Under the pieces are notes generated by a model, which saw only the letters and a program-made list of their open reading frames with translations, was not told the origin of the DNA and made no database searches. Made by a program: the position numbers and the translations under genes. From positions 1,851 to 65,850 of the forward strand of contig CAVVDL010000010.1 in assembly GCA_963747035.1 (NCBI GenBank): 64,000 bases of DNA, in the 5' to 3' direction. Shown here piece after piece: positions 43,452 to 53,287 of this stretch. Numbering within the stretch: position 1 is the stretch's first letter; each line of letters starts with the position of its first letter. The stretch comes from an uncultured Gammaproteobacteria bacterium (GTDB taxonomy: Bacteria; Pseudomonadota; Gammaproteobacteria; Steroidobacterales; Steroidobacteraceae).

Positions 43452-43781
43452 ATGAGCGATCTCGGGATTCACCTCTGGACGGGGCAATCCGGCCAGAAGT
43501 ATCGCTACACCGTGTACATGTTCGGCACCGTCTTCGGGCCGGGTCCCGCCAACTACATTTTCGCGCGCGAGGGCAGGCCGGGACATTTCCTCCCGCTCTA
43601 CTTCGGCCAGACGGACGACCTGTCCGAACCCTTCGACGATCACATCGCGCTCGAATGCCTGAAGCAGAACCGCGTGACGCACATCCACGTGCGCCACTCG
43701 GACGCGCGCGAGGAAATCCGGCGCGCCGAGCGCTCCGACCTGATTTCGGCCTGGGACCCGGACTGCAACGCGATGCGCTGA
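43452..43781 (+). CDS. small hypothetical protein (109 aa)
   Basis: ATG at 43452, in frame within ORF 43239..43781. The Arg/Pro-rich part upstream of the ATG looks non-coding. It has no signal peptide. YRYTVY..NYIFAR..LYFGQTDDLSEPFDDH is faintly GIY-YIG-like. Confidence 0.45.
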   Translation: MSDLGIHLWTGQSGQKYRYTVYMFGTVFGPGPANYIFAREGRPGHFLPLYFGQTDDLSEPFDDHIALECLKQNRVTHIHVRHSDAREEIRRAERSDLISAWDPDCNAMR

Positions 43782-43782
43782 G

Positions 43783-45057
43783 CTACTCGAGCGGCTGCAT
43801 CAGCGCCTTGAAGCGCGGCAGCTCGCGCAATGAAGCCAGGTCCGGATCGGACTCGTACTGCGCGCGCTTCCTGAAGCCCGCGCCGATGGCGCGTTCGACG
43901 TTGTCGAGCGCAGCGTCAGGCTGGCCGGCCAGTGCGTGGGCACAGGCGAGGTTGTAGAAGTCGACGGGCGTGCCGCCGCCGATCTCGATGCCGCGCGCGA
44001 GGCTCTTCACGGCATCGGCATATTTCTTCTGCTGGACCTGACTCGTCCCCAGGCGATTCCAAGCAAATGCGTTCGAGGGATTCGCGTCCAGATACTGGCG
44101 GTAGGCGGTCTCGGCCTCGGCCCAGCGGCCCTCGAGATACGGCTCCTCCGCCTTCATCAGCTCGGCCGTGAGCGGCTTCGTGCCGGCCGGCACGGGACTC
44201 ACGGTGTCCATGACGATGCGCCAGTCGCCTTTCGCGTCCTTCTTCCAGACGCGCGCGTAGTAGCCGGCCTCGGGCAGCTCGCCCGCGCGTTCGTAATTGC
44301 CGTAGGCGTAGCCGAGGTCGCCCGACTTCGAGACGTCGGCGAACAGCGGTTCGCCCGTCAGTTTCGCAACCTGGGTATCGGCCCATTCGCCGAGCGCAAC
44401 GCGGCCGACGACGGGCATCGCGCCCGGGCGATGCACGCGCGCCTCGTCCGAGAGCCGGCTGCCATAGGCGCGGCCGGCGCTTTCGTTCGCGGCCGTCGCA
44501 AGGAAGGCCCGTTCGACGCCGATCAGGCTGTCCCTCGGCGCGGCGACATCGACGGCGCGCGGGCGCAGGGCCGGAGTGCGCGATAGGACGTCTGCGCCGG
44601 TTCGTCGAGCGGCACGACGGCGGCGGGCGTGTCGCTGCCGACGTCGAGAACGACCTTGAACTGGCCGTCCGCCTGGCGCTTCCAGATCGAAAAGAACATG
44701 CCGTGACGGTCCGGCGCGCCGTTCTTGCCCTGGAACACGAGCGGCCCCGTGTCCCAGCCGAGGTCGCCCGCTCTCGAGATGTCGCCGTACACGGGCGCCC
44801 AGGCGGCGCCCATCGGGTCCCGGCGACGGCGGCGCGCCTGCGAGCGCGGTGCGCACGCGGAAGGGATGCGGATTGAATGCGATGCCGGTGTCGGCGAAAT
44901 ACGCATAGAAGGAGTCGCGGAATCCTTTCTCCGCCGCGAGCCGCACGAAGGCGCGCTCGGTGTCGTAGAGCTCCTGCTGCGCCGGCGGCAGGCCGGCGTC
45001 GGCTGCGAGCGCCGCGGCGGCCGGGAGGAGGGCGAGCGACGCGAGGATGGCTTTCAT
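43783..45057 (-). pseudogene. hypothetical secreted protein with C-terminal TPR repeats (two frame breaks, near 44820 and 44595)
   Basis: The signal peptide is MKAILASLALLPAAAALA. The middle segment DPMGAAWAPVYGDISRAGDLGWDTGPLVF..WKRQADGQFKVVLDVG is in ORF 44523..44906 and repeats the later ..DLGYAYGNYE..VWKKDAKGDWRIVMDT.. module. The C-terminal TPRs read (AETAYRQYLDANPSN.., ..YADAVKSLARGIEI..). Confidence 0.5.
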
Positions 45058-45193
45058 GGACGGTTTACCGCGAGGGTTGCAAGGGTCCCCGGAGGCTAGC
45101 GCCTGCCCGGGCCCGCGTTCAATACGTGAGTTTGGGATCGGTTAAAGTGGATGGCGGACAGGGTCGGAGCGCCGCGCGCTCAGGGAGTTCACG

Positions 45194-45629
45194 ATGTCCT
45201 GGTGGGCCTGGCTGGTGTTGGGCATCGGCTTGCTCGGTGCCGAGATGTTCGTGATCGACGCCCAGTTCTACCTCGTCTTCATCGGCCTCTCGGCGGCGGT
45301 CGTGGGGCTTCTCGGCCTCCTCGGGCGTGGACCTGCCGCAGTGGGCGCAATGGCTCGTGTTCTCCGCGCTCGCGGTTGTCGCGATGTTCACGTTTCGCCG
45401 CCGTCTCTACGAGATGGTCCGCAACCGCGGCGGACACGTGGACGAGCGCCTGACCGTCGGCGACCGGGTTGTCGTCGCCGATCGCCTCGAGCCGGGCCAG
45501 AGCGGCCGCGTCGACTACCGAGGCACCAGCTGGTCGGCGCGCAATATCGGCGAGGCGCCGATCGAGGCGGGTCGCGAAGTGATCATCTCGCAGGTGGACG
45601 GCCTCACCCTGCACGTCAAGGCGGAGTAA
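45194..45629 (+). pseudogene. NfeD-family membrane protein (one frame break near 45325)
   Basis: Two or three N-terminal TM helices are split between ORF 45194 and ORF 45327..45629. The C-terminal OB-fold-like part reads GRVDYRGTSWSARN. It lies directly upstream of an SPFH gene, the classic NfeD-stomatin pairing. Confidence 0.75.
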
Positions 45630-45635
45630 GCAGCC

Positions 45636-46562
45636 ATGGGTTCCATGTACGTCGTCTTCGTGGTCGCGATCCTCGTCCTCATCGTCCTCGCCAAGACGGC
45701 GGTGGTCGTCCCGCAGCAGAGCGGCTATGTCGTCGAGACGCTCGGGCGCTACAACCGGACGATCCAGGCGGGCTTCCACATCCTGGTGCCGTTCATCGAC
45801 CGCATCGCCTACAAGCACAACCTCAAGGAAGAGGCGATGGACATTCCGGAGCAGGTCTGCATCACGCGCGACAACGTGCAGGTCGGCGTCGACGGCGTGC
45901 TGTACCTGCAGGTGCTGGATGCGAGCAAGGCCTCCTACGGCATCACGAACTACCGCTTCGCGATCATCCAGCTCGCGCAGACGACGCTGCGCAGCGAAAT
46001 CGGCAAGATCGAGCTCGACCGCACGTTCGAGGAGCGGCAGACGATCAACGCGCATGTCGTCGCCGAGCTCGACAAGGCGTCGGCGCCCTGGGGCGTCAAG
46101 GTGCTGCGCTACGAGATCAAGAACATCAATCCGCCCAAGGACATCCTGGGAGCCATGGAAAAGCAGATGCGCGCGGAGCGCGAAAAGCGCGCCGTCGTGC
46201 TGAACTCCGAAGGCGAGCGCGACGCGAAGATCAACCAGGCGGAAGGCGACAAGCAGCGCGTCATCAAGGAATCAGAAGGGACCAAGCAGCGGCAGATCAA
46301 CGAGGCGCAGGGCCAGGCATCGGCGATCCTCGCGGTCGCGACCGCGACCGCCGAGGGATTGAAGCAGGTCGGCGAGGCGCTTGCCGGCCGCGGCGGCCCC
46401 GAGGCGATGCAGCTGCGGATTGCCGAGGCGTACGTCAAGCAGTTCGGCACGCTCGCAAGCGAGGCCTCGAGCACGCTCGTCGTACCCGCGAACCTGTCGG
46501 ACGTCGCCTCGATGATCGCGCTTGCGACGAACGTCATCAAGAACCAGAAAGCCTCGACCTGA
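45636..46562 (+). CDS. SPFH/band-7 (stomatin/paraslipin-like) protein
   Basis: 308-aa intact ORF with an N-terminal TM helix, ..VVPQQSGYVVETLGRY..ITRDNVQVGVDGVLYLQV..LRSEIGKIELD..WGVKVLRYEIKNI.. and a coiled-coil tail. Confidence 0.9.
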   Translation: MGSMYVVFVVAILVLIVLAKTAVVVPQQSGYVVETLGRYNRTIQAGFHILVPFIDRIAYKHNLKEEAMDIPEQVCITRDNVQVGVDGVLYLQVLDASKASYGITNYRFAIIQLAQTTLRSEIGKIELDRTFEERQTINAHVVAELDKASAPWGVKVLRYEIKNINPPKDILGAMEKQMRAEREKRAVVLNSEGERDAKINQAEGDKQRVIKESEGTKQRQINEAQGQASAILAVATATAEGLKQVGEALAGRGGPEAMQLRIAEAYVKQFGTLASEASSTLVVPANLSDVASMIALATNVIKNQKAST

Positions 46563-46563
46563 C

Positions 46564-48303
46564 ATGTTGCGGGCGTTCCTGTTGCGCAGCCTGGGCGCAG
46601 CCGCAGCGTGCCTCGCGTTCGCGGCCGTGGCCGCCGATGCGCCGCCGGCGCTCCTGCTGCATGGCGGCACGATCTACACGGGCAATCCGTCGCAGCCGAA
46701 GGTCGAGGCCGTGCTCGCCGTCAGCGGGCGGATCGCCTATGTCGGCGACAAGGCGAGCGCCCTCATGCGCGCGCCGAAAGGCGCCCGCATCGTCGACCTC
46801 GCGGGCAAGACGATGCTCCCTGGCCTCACGGATTCCCACGCCCACCTCGCCGACATCGGCGAGCGCGAGCTCGGCTTCGATCTCACGGGCATCGAGGGCG
46901 TCGAGGCGATGAAGCAGCGGCTCGCCGAGCGCGCCGCGGCGGACCGGTCGCCGTGGGTCGTCGGCGCGAACTGGATCGAATCGAAGTGGAAGCCGGCCGT
47001 GTTCCCGTCGCGGCAGGATCTCGACGCCGTCGTTCGCGACCGCCCCGTGGTCCTGCAGCGCGTGGACGGGCACGCCGTCGTCGTGAACTCGAAGGCGCTC
47101 GAGATCGCCGGCATCACGCGGGCAACGCCCGACCCCGAGGGCGGCCAGATCCTGCGGGATCCTGCGACCGGCGAGCCGACGGGCATCCTGGTCGACAACG
47201 CGATGGATCTCGTCTGGAAACACGTCCCGCCCGAAACGGACGAGATGCTGGCGCGCCATCTCGAGGCAGGCGCCGCATCCTACGTCCGGCTCGGCTGGAC
47301 CGAGATGCAGTACGCGGGGACCAGCTGGCGTGCGATCGACCAGCTCTGCCAGCTTTACGCGGCGGGCAAGGTGAAGTTGCGTGTCTATGCGGCGATCGGC
47401 GGGCCGGGCGAAGACGCCGAGAAGCTGCTCGCCGCCGGTCGCGACTACAAGTCCTGCGACCCGCGGCTGACCGTCCGGACGATCAAGCTCTTCATGGACG
47501 GCGCGCTCGGCTCGCGCGGAGCGGCGCTCGATGAGCCGTACAGCGATTCGCCGGGCAATCGCGGCCTGTACGTGACGCCGCCCGAGGAGATCCTGCGCAT
47601 CGCGACCGCGGCCCTCAGGCGCGGCATCCAGGTCGAGACGCATGCGATCGGCGACCGCGGCAATCGCGTGGTCCTCGACCAGTACGAGAAGGCGTTTGCC
47701 GCCGTGCCGGCGGCCGAGCGCCCGGTCGCCGACCCGCGCTTTCGCATCGAGCATGCCCAGGTCGTCGCGGATGCCGACATCCCGCGCTTCGCGAAGCTCG
47801 GCGTGATCGCCTCGATGCAGACCTCGCACGCGATCAGCGACATGCTGTTCGCGCCGGCGCGGCTCGGGCCTGCGCGCATCGGCGGCGCCTACGCCTGGCG
47901 GAAGTTCCTGGACGCCGGCGCCACGATCGCGGGCGGCACCGATGCGCCGGTCGAGGCCGGCGACCCGCGGGTCGAGTTCTACGCCGCCGTCGCGCGCCGC
48001 ACGCTCGAGGGTTTCGCGGGTCCGGACTGGGGCCTCGATCAGCGGCTGACTCGCGATGAAGCGCTCGCGATCCTGACGAAGGGTGCGGCCTACGCCGCAT
48101 TCCAGGAGCAGGACCGCGGCACGATCGAGCCCGGCAAGCTTGCCGATTTCAGCGTGTACTCGGCGGACTGGATGCAGATCCCGGAGGCGGAGATCCCGCG
48201 CTCGCAGGCGGTCATGACGGTGATTGCGGGCGAGATCGCCTGGCAGGCGACGGAGGGGACAGTCCCCTTTGCGCCCGAGCGCGCAAAGGTGACAGTCCCC
48301 TAA
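46564..48303 (+). CDS. amidohydrolase-family metallohydrolase (YtcJ-like, amidohydrolase_3), secreted
   Basis: Starts at the internal ATG (M15 of ORF 46522..48303), 2 nt after the SPFH stop. It has a signal peptide, [10 protein letters not shown], ..HAIGDRGN.., ..FRIEHAQ.. and ..GGTDAPVE... The ORF is intact. Confidence 0.85.
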   Translation: MLRAFLLRSLGAAAACLAFAAVAADAPPALLLHGGTIYTGNPSQPKVEAVLAVSGRIAYVGDKASALMRAPKGARIVDLAGKTMLPGLTDSHAHLADIGERELGFDLTGIEGVEAMKQRLAERAAADRSPWVVGANWIESKWKPAVFPSRQDLDAVVRDRPVVLQRVDGHAVVVNSKALEIAGITRATPDPEGGQILRDPATGEPTGILVDNAMDLVWKHVPPETDEMLARHLEAGAASYVRLGWTEMQYAGTSWRAIDQLCQLYAAGKVKLRVYAAIGGPGEDAEKLLAAGRDYKSCDPRLTVRTIKLFMDGALGSRGAALDEPYSDSPGNRGLYVTPPEEILRIATAALRRGIQVETHAIGDRGNRVVLDQYEKAFAAVPAAERPVADPRFRIEHAQVVADADIPRFAKLGVIASMQTSHAISDMLFAPARLGPARIGGAYAWRKFLDAGATIAGGTDAPVEAGDPRVEFYAAVARRTLEGFAGPDWGLDQRLTRDEALAILTKGAAYAAFQEQDRGTIEPGKLADFSVYSADWMQIPEAEIPRSQAVMTVIAGEIAWQATEGTVPFAPERAKVTVP

Positions 48304-51110
48304 GCGACCGACCGCGCCTTCACGTTGCTGGCGACATTGAAGCGGCCGGTGGCGGTCAGCCGGTCGCCCTGCGCCTGGGCATTCCGGAGTTCCGCGCGGC
48401 GCGCCGCGAACGGCATCTCGGACACGTCCTTGAGCGGAGCCGAGCGGGCGAACAGGAAACCCTGGGCTGCGACGCAGCCGAGTTCGAGCAGCTTCGCCAC
48501 CTGCTCCTCGTGCTCGACGCCTTCCGCGACGGTTTCGAGGCCGAGCGTCTCGCCGAGCATCACGACCGCGCGCGCGAGCTCCGGCCCGTCGTCCTGCTCG
48601 GTCAGCCGGCCGACGAACGAGCGGTCGATCTTCAGGATGTCGATCGGGAAGCGGTGGAGGTAGGACAGCGACGAATAGCCCATGCCGAAGTCGTCGATCG
48701 CGAGGCGGACGCCGAGCGCCTTCAGCTCGCGGAAGCGTTCGAGGTTGACCTCGGTGTTGTGCATGATCGTGCTCTCGGTGAGCTCGATGACGAGGTTTTC
48801 GGGCTCGAGCCCGGACGATTCGAGGGCGCTCCTGACGTCGGCCACGAGGTCCGCGTGCTGCAGGTGGCGGCCCGAGATGTTGACCGCGACGCGCAGGCCG
48901 TCGCCCGCCGCGATCGAATCGCGCCAGGCCCGGACCGCGCGGCAGGCCTCGGTCAGCACCCAGCGGCCGAGTTCGACGATCTGGCCGGATTCCTCGGCGG
49001 TCGGGATGAACGCGCCCGGCATGACGAGCCCCTGTTCGGGGTGGTTCCAGCGCACCAGCGCCTCGATGCCGAGGAGCTCCCGCTTCGCGAGGTCCACGAC
49101 CGGCTGGTACTCCAGGAAGAACTCGCCGCGCTCGAGCGCGCGGTTGATGTCCTCTTCGAGGCGCAGCCGCTCGCGCAGCTGCTCCTGCATCCGCGGCTGG
49201 AACACGACGAAGCGCGCCTTGCCGGCCGCTTTCGCGCTGTACATCGCGATGTCGGCGTTGCGCAGCAGCTGCTCGGTGTCGTCGCCGGGCTGCGAAAACG
49301 CGATGCCGATGCTGGCCGCCATGTAGGTGTCGCCGCCGTCGAGCTGCAGCGGCTCGTCGAATGAGCGCGTGATCGTCGCGGCGATCCGCTCGACGTCGGA
49401 CGACTCGTTGATGCCCTCGAGCAGGATCGCGAACTCGTCGCCGCCGAGGCGGGCGACGGTATCGGACGGGCGCGTGGATTTCACGAGGCGCTGGGCCGCG
49501 GCCTGCAGCAGGCGGTCGCCCGCGTCATGCCCGAGCGAGTCGTTGACGTTCTTGAAGTTGTCGAGGTCCAGGAACATCACGGCCACGCGCTGGCGCGAAC
49601 GGTGCGTCAGCGTCAGCGCGTGCTGCACGCGATTGCGGAACAGGCTGCGGTTCGCAAGCAGCGTCAGGGGGTCGTGGAACGCGAGCTGGCGCAGCTGTTC
49701 CTCCAGCGCCTTGCGTTCGCTGACGTCGCGGAAATTGAGGGCAAGGCCGGCGATCGCCGGGTCCTCGAGCAGGTTGCTGCCGACGCTCTCGAGCGTGCTG
49801 CGCCGGGCGCCGTTGCCGACGGTCACCTCGACCGGGCCGACCGAGCGGCCATGCGTCGCCGCGACCTCCGCGAGGAAGGCCGCCAGCCGTTCGCGATCCG
49901 CCTCGCCCCAGAGGTCGAGCAGGTTGCGGCCCACGAGGTCATCCGGGTTCATGCCGAAGGTGCGCTCGGCGGCAGGGGAGGCGAAGCGCAGGCGCCCGTC
50001 CACGTCCGCGATCATGATCACGTCGGAGGCGTTCTTGATGAGCGAGGCATAGCGCGCCTCGACGATGCCGGCGGCGCGCTGCTCGCGCAGCAGCGCGTCA
50101 TCGCGCGACAGCACGCCCTGTCGCAGCATCACGAGGAGCGTCAACGCGAAGATGATGACCGTCATCGCGGTCGCCGGGCTCGACATCGAGCTGCTCTCGA
50201 CATAGACGAGCACGAGGAAGGAAACCAGCATCGCGACGTAGGGCATGCCCTGCACGAGCGCGCTGCCGAATGCCGTCGGTTCCTGCCGCTCGGCGGGCGC
50301 GCCGCGCAGCTGCTCGCGCGCGGCCGCGATGAGCGCCGCGTAGCAGGACAGGTAGATCGCGTCGGACATGCCGCCGGGCAGGTAGCTGCCCGAAATCTTC
50401 GCCATCGCCCAGACGATGTCGGCGAGTTGCATCGTCGCAAAGCCGATCGTCAGCAGGATCAGCGTGCGCCTTGCGATCGCGCCAGTGCCGGCGTGCATCA
50501 GCAGCACGCCGAAGGCGAGCAGCACCAGGCAGTTGAGCGCGATGTAGGTCTGCGTGAGGACGTACTTGATGACGTCCGGGTCACGGTCGGCCGAGGCGCT
50601 CGGCCCGATCACGAAGAACCAGAAGAAGGCGCCGAAGCCGAGCATCAGGATCGTCGCGTCGAGCGCGAGGCGGGCCCATTGCACGCGCACGGCCGCGGCG
50701 CGGATCGCGATGAAGATGGCCGTGAAGAGGAGCGGATAGAAACCGAGGAAGAAGACGTCGCCGACGGAAGGGAAGGGGTCGACGCCGAACAGCCACCAGG
50801 TCGAATTCAGCAGGTTCCCGATCGTGTAGACCCACATCGTGGCCGCGAGGAAGGACCAGGTTCGCTTGACGGCGGGTTCGGTCGCCCGCCGGGCCGCGAT
50901 CGTCGCCAGCACGGCCGAGCCGACGCTGGCCGGGAAGTCCGAGAACAGCTTGAAGATCTCGAAAGCCGGGCCCCCGCTGCCGTCCGCAAAGGTCAGCAGC
51001 AGGGTGATCGGTATATAGATGAAGAGGCCGACGACCAGCGCCCCGGTCCAGCCGGCGACGAATGGCTCGCGTGCGGTCTTCATTTCCAGTTTGTCCGGGA
51101 CCGGCGACAT
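48300..51110 (-). CDS. membrane-bound c-di-GMP signalling protein: ~10-TM N-terminal domain, PAS, GGDEF, EAL
   Basis: Starts at the internal ATG 51110 (MSPVPDKLEMK..). The 234 aa upstream in ORF 48300..51812 are Arg-rich and not protein-like. It has about 10 hydrophobic helices, a PAS-like segment, RLGGDEFAILLE, and the EAL motifs EALVRW, DDFGMGYSSL and LKIDRSF. It is intact over 2.8 kb. Confidence 0.85.
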   Translation of the reverse strand: MSPVPDKLEMKTAREPFVAGWTGALVVGLFIYIPITLLLTFADGSGGPAFEIFKLFSDFPASVGSAVLATIAARRATEPAVKRTWSFLAATMWVYTIGNLLNSTWWLFGVDPFPSVGDVFFLGFYPLLFTAIFIAIRAAAVRVQWARLALDATILMLGFGAFFWFFVIGPSASADRDPDVIKYVLTQTYIALNCLVLLAFGVLLMHAGTGAIARRTLILLTIGFATMQLADIVWAMAKISGSYLPGGMSDAIYLSCYAALIAAAREQLRGAPAERQEPTAFGSALVQGMPYVAMLVSFLVLVYVESSSMSSPATAMTVIIFALTLLVMLRQGVLSRDDALLREQRAAGIVEARYASLIKNASDVIMIADVDGRLRFASPAAERTFGMNPDDLVGRNLLDLWGEADRERLAAFLAEVAATHGRSVGPVEVTVGNGARRSTLESVGSNLLEDPAIAGLALNFRDVSERKALEEQLRQLAFHDPLTLLANRSLFRNRVQHALTLTHRSRQRVAVMFLDLDNFKNVNDSLGHDAGDRLLQAAAQRLVKSTRPSDTVARLGGDEFAILLEGINESSDVERIAATITRSFDEPLQLDGGDTYMAASIGIAFSQPGDDTEQLLRNADIAMYSAKAAGKARFVVFQPRMQEQLRERLRLEEDINRALERGEFFLEYQPVVDLAKRELLGIEALVRWNHPEQGLVMPGAFIPTAEESGQIVELGRWVLTEACRAVRAWRDSIAAGDGLRVAVNISGRHLQHADLVADVRSALESSGLEPENLVIELTESTIMHNTEVNLERFRELKALGVRLAIDDFGMGYSSLSYLHRFPIDILKIDRSFVGRLTEQDDGPELARAVVMLGETLGLETVAEGVEHEEQVAKLLELGCVAAQGFLFARSAPLKDVSEMPFAARRAELRNAQAQGDRLTATGRFNVASNVKARSVA

Positions 51111-51316
51111 GTCGTTGACGCAAACTCCCCGCGCAGCCCACCCCTCTTGGCGGGCTTTCGAGTGGACATATGTAGCCTCAGGCGGCCGGGGCCTAACTGT
51201 GAAGCGAGTCTGTATTCGGGGCCGGCCGAGTGACCGGTTCCACACTCCGGCCGCAAACTCAGGGTGGATTGGGGCGTTTGCCCCCGCAGGAGCCGTCCGC
51301 GGGCGGACCAGGCAGG

Positions 51317-52282
51317 TTACTTCCAGACCGCGTCCGCGACGCGCAGCAGGTTCTCGCCGAGGATTCCGCGAATGCTTGCGGCCGGATAGCCGAGGCGTGC
51401 AAGGCCGGCCGCGATCTCCGGAATGACTTCGGGCGGCGCGAAGCCCGTGCCGCGCCCGTAGCCCCATTCGCGCGGCCAGATCTCCGGGCCGCCGCGCCCG
51501 GGCTCGTCGAGCTCCGAGCTCTTGAACATGTAGTCGAGGCCGAGGCCCGCGTGTTCGGCGCCGACGAGCTGCGCGACGTAGTCGATGTTCCGCACGATCA
51601 CTTCGGCGGTCGGCGGCCCGGTGCCGAGGAAAAGCCCGACGCCGTTGATGCCGACGACGCCGCCGGTCGCGGCGCAGGCCTTGATGAGCTCGTCGGGGAT
51701 GTTCCGCGGATGGTCGCGGAGCGCCCTCGGGTTCGAGTGCGAGAAGATCACCGGCCGGTCGGTCGAATCGAGGATTTCCCGCGCGCTGCGATAGCCCGTG
51801 TGCGAGCAGCACTTGATCATCCCGACGCGGTCCATCTCCGCGAGGATCGCGCGCCCGAGATCCGTGAGCCCCTCATCCTCGGGGTCGTGGCATCCGCTGG
51901 CGGCGAGGTTGCGGCGGTTGTAGACCATGAGCATCCAGCGCACGCCGATGTCGTAGAGGAACTCGACGAGCGAGACCTGCGGGCCGAGCGCCTGCACGCC
52001 CTCGACGTCCATGCAGACCGCGAGCCGGCCGCTTGCCTTGGCGGCCCGAAGATCGGCCGTCGTCCGGCCGAGCAGGTACTGGTCGGGGTGCGCCTTCACG
52101 AAGTGCCGGATGCTCGCCGCGGTCCGGATCATGCGCTCGAGCGGCACGAGGCTGTCGCCGATGTTCACCGTGACGACGTCCGCGCCGGCATTCCGGTAGC
52201 GCGAGAGCTGCGGCAGGTACTCGTCGATGTCCCGGAGCGGGAGGCAGGCGTGATTGTCCCAGACGAGGCCGGCCTGATTCAT
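51317..52282 (-). CDS. membrane dipeptidase, peptidase family M19 (cytoplasmic-type, no signal peptide)
   Basis: 321-aa intact ORF: VWDNHACLP.., ..CSHTGYRSA.., ..IFSHSNPRAL.., ..GLGLDYMF... Confidence 0.85.
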   Translation of the reverse strand: MNQAGLVWDNHACLPLRDIDEYLPQLSRYRNAGADVVTVNIGDSLVPLERMIRTAASIRHFVKAHPDQYLLGRTTADLRAAKASGRLAVCMDVEGVQALGPQVSLVEFLYDIGVRWMLMVYNRRNLAASGCHDPEDEGLTDLGRAILAEMDRVGMIKCCSHTGYRSAREILDSTDRPVIFSHSNPRALRDHPRNIPDELIKACAATGGVVGINGVGLFLGTGPPTAEVIVRNIDYVAQLVGAEHAGLGLDYMFKSSELDEPGRGGPEIWPREWGYGRGTGFAPPEVIPEIAAGLARLGYPAASIRGILGENLLRVADAVWK

Positions 52283-52320
52283 AATGGCCGCATTCTAGGT
52301 GAAACACTCCGGAGCCAACG

Positions 52321-52839
52321 ATGAAGATTTCGATGTATGACGCAGCCGTGAAGACGGGCCTGCGCATGATGACGAACCTCGGGGCGATCCTCGAGAAAGC
52401 CGCGCAGCATGCCGAGGCGAAGAAGATCGATCCGGCGGTCTTCGTGGGCGCGCGGCTTGCGCCCGACATGTTCCCGCTCTCGCGCCAGGTGCAGATCGCC
52501 TCCGACACGGCCAAGATCGGCGCAGCGCGCCTCGCGGGCGTCGAGTCTCCTGCATTCGAAGACAACGAGAAGACGCTGCCCGAGCTGATCGAACGGGCCC
52601 GGAAGACCGTGGAATACCTGAAGACGCTGAAGCCGGAGCAGTTCGAAGGCGCCGAGGACCGCATGATCCGCTGGAGTTCGCCGAGGGCCGGCGAGCGCTC
52701 GATGATCGGCCTGTCCTACGCGCTGCACCAGGTGCTGCCGAACGTGCATTTCCACTGCACGACGACCTATGACATCCTGCGCCACAACGGCGTCGAACTC
52801 GGGAAGATGGATTACCTCGGGCGCGAGCCGCCGGCCTGA
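52321..52839 (+). CDS. DUF1993-family protein
   Basis: 172-aa intact ORF. MKISMYDAAVKTGLRMMTNL..LAPDMFPLSRQVQIASD..HFHCTTTYDILRHNGVELGKMDYLG matches my memory of DUF1993. Confidence 0.7.
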   Translation: MKISMYDAAVKTGLRMMTNLGAILEKAAQHAEAKKIDPAVFVGARLAPDMFPLSRQVQIASDTAKIGAARLAGVESPAFEDNEKTLPELIERARKTVEYLKTLKPEQFEGAEDRMIRWSSPRAGERSMIGLSYALHQVLPNVHFHCTTTYDILRHNGVELGKMDYLGREPPA

Positions 52840-52852
52840 GCAGGGCACAAGA

Positions 52853-53207
52853 TTGAGACCGCGTTTCAAATCCCGTTGGGTTGCCGGGCTGCTGCTGCCG
52901 GCGATCCTGTTTCGCGCACTGATTCCGGCGGGCTTCATGCCGGCGCCGGATGGCGCCGGCGCCATGAGCGTTCATTTCTGCGATGGAATGGCCAAGGCGC
53001 CGGCGGACGATCCGGTCAAGCCGGGACACGAGCATCGCAAGTGCCCGTATTCCGCGACCTCGAGCCCGGCTCCGCCACCGGCCTTCGTTGCGCTCTCGCC
53101 AGACTCCTGTGCCATCCGGCCGGCGCGCATCATTCTCGTCCGGCCGCGATGCCGTTCCGACGATTGTTCGAGTCCAGGCTGCCCGCGCACCTCCCGCTCT
53201 CGGCTGA
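52853..53207 (+). CDS. DUF2946-like small exported protein (3' end and frame uncertain)
   Basis: From the TTG start: RPRFKSRWVAGLLLPAILFRALIPAGFMP..HFCDG..HEHRKCPY resembles DUF2946. A family-typical C-terminus ..AARAPPALG* exists only in the frame of ORF 52983..53207, which implies a frame change near 53100. As read, the first frame runs without a stop into the next gene. Confidence 0.4.
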
Positions 53208-53287
53208 TTCACGCGAACCGGTCGTGCGGATCTCCGGCTAGCGCCGGCATCCGCCGCGTTGGTGAACCTGATTCGGGAGTGACCGAC

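Noticed and set aside
51111-51812. N-terminal 234-aa extension of the GGDEF-EAL ORF (48300..51812)
   Set aside because: The extension is Arg/Pro/Ala-rich with no protein-like features. It also overlaps the 3' end of the M19 dipeptidase gene. A clean ATG at 51110 precedes the first TM helix.
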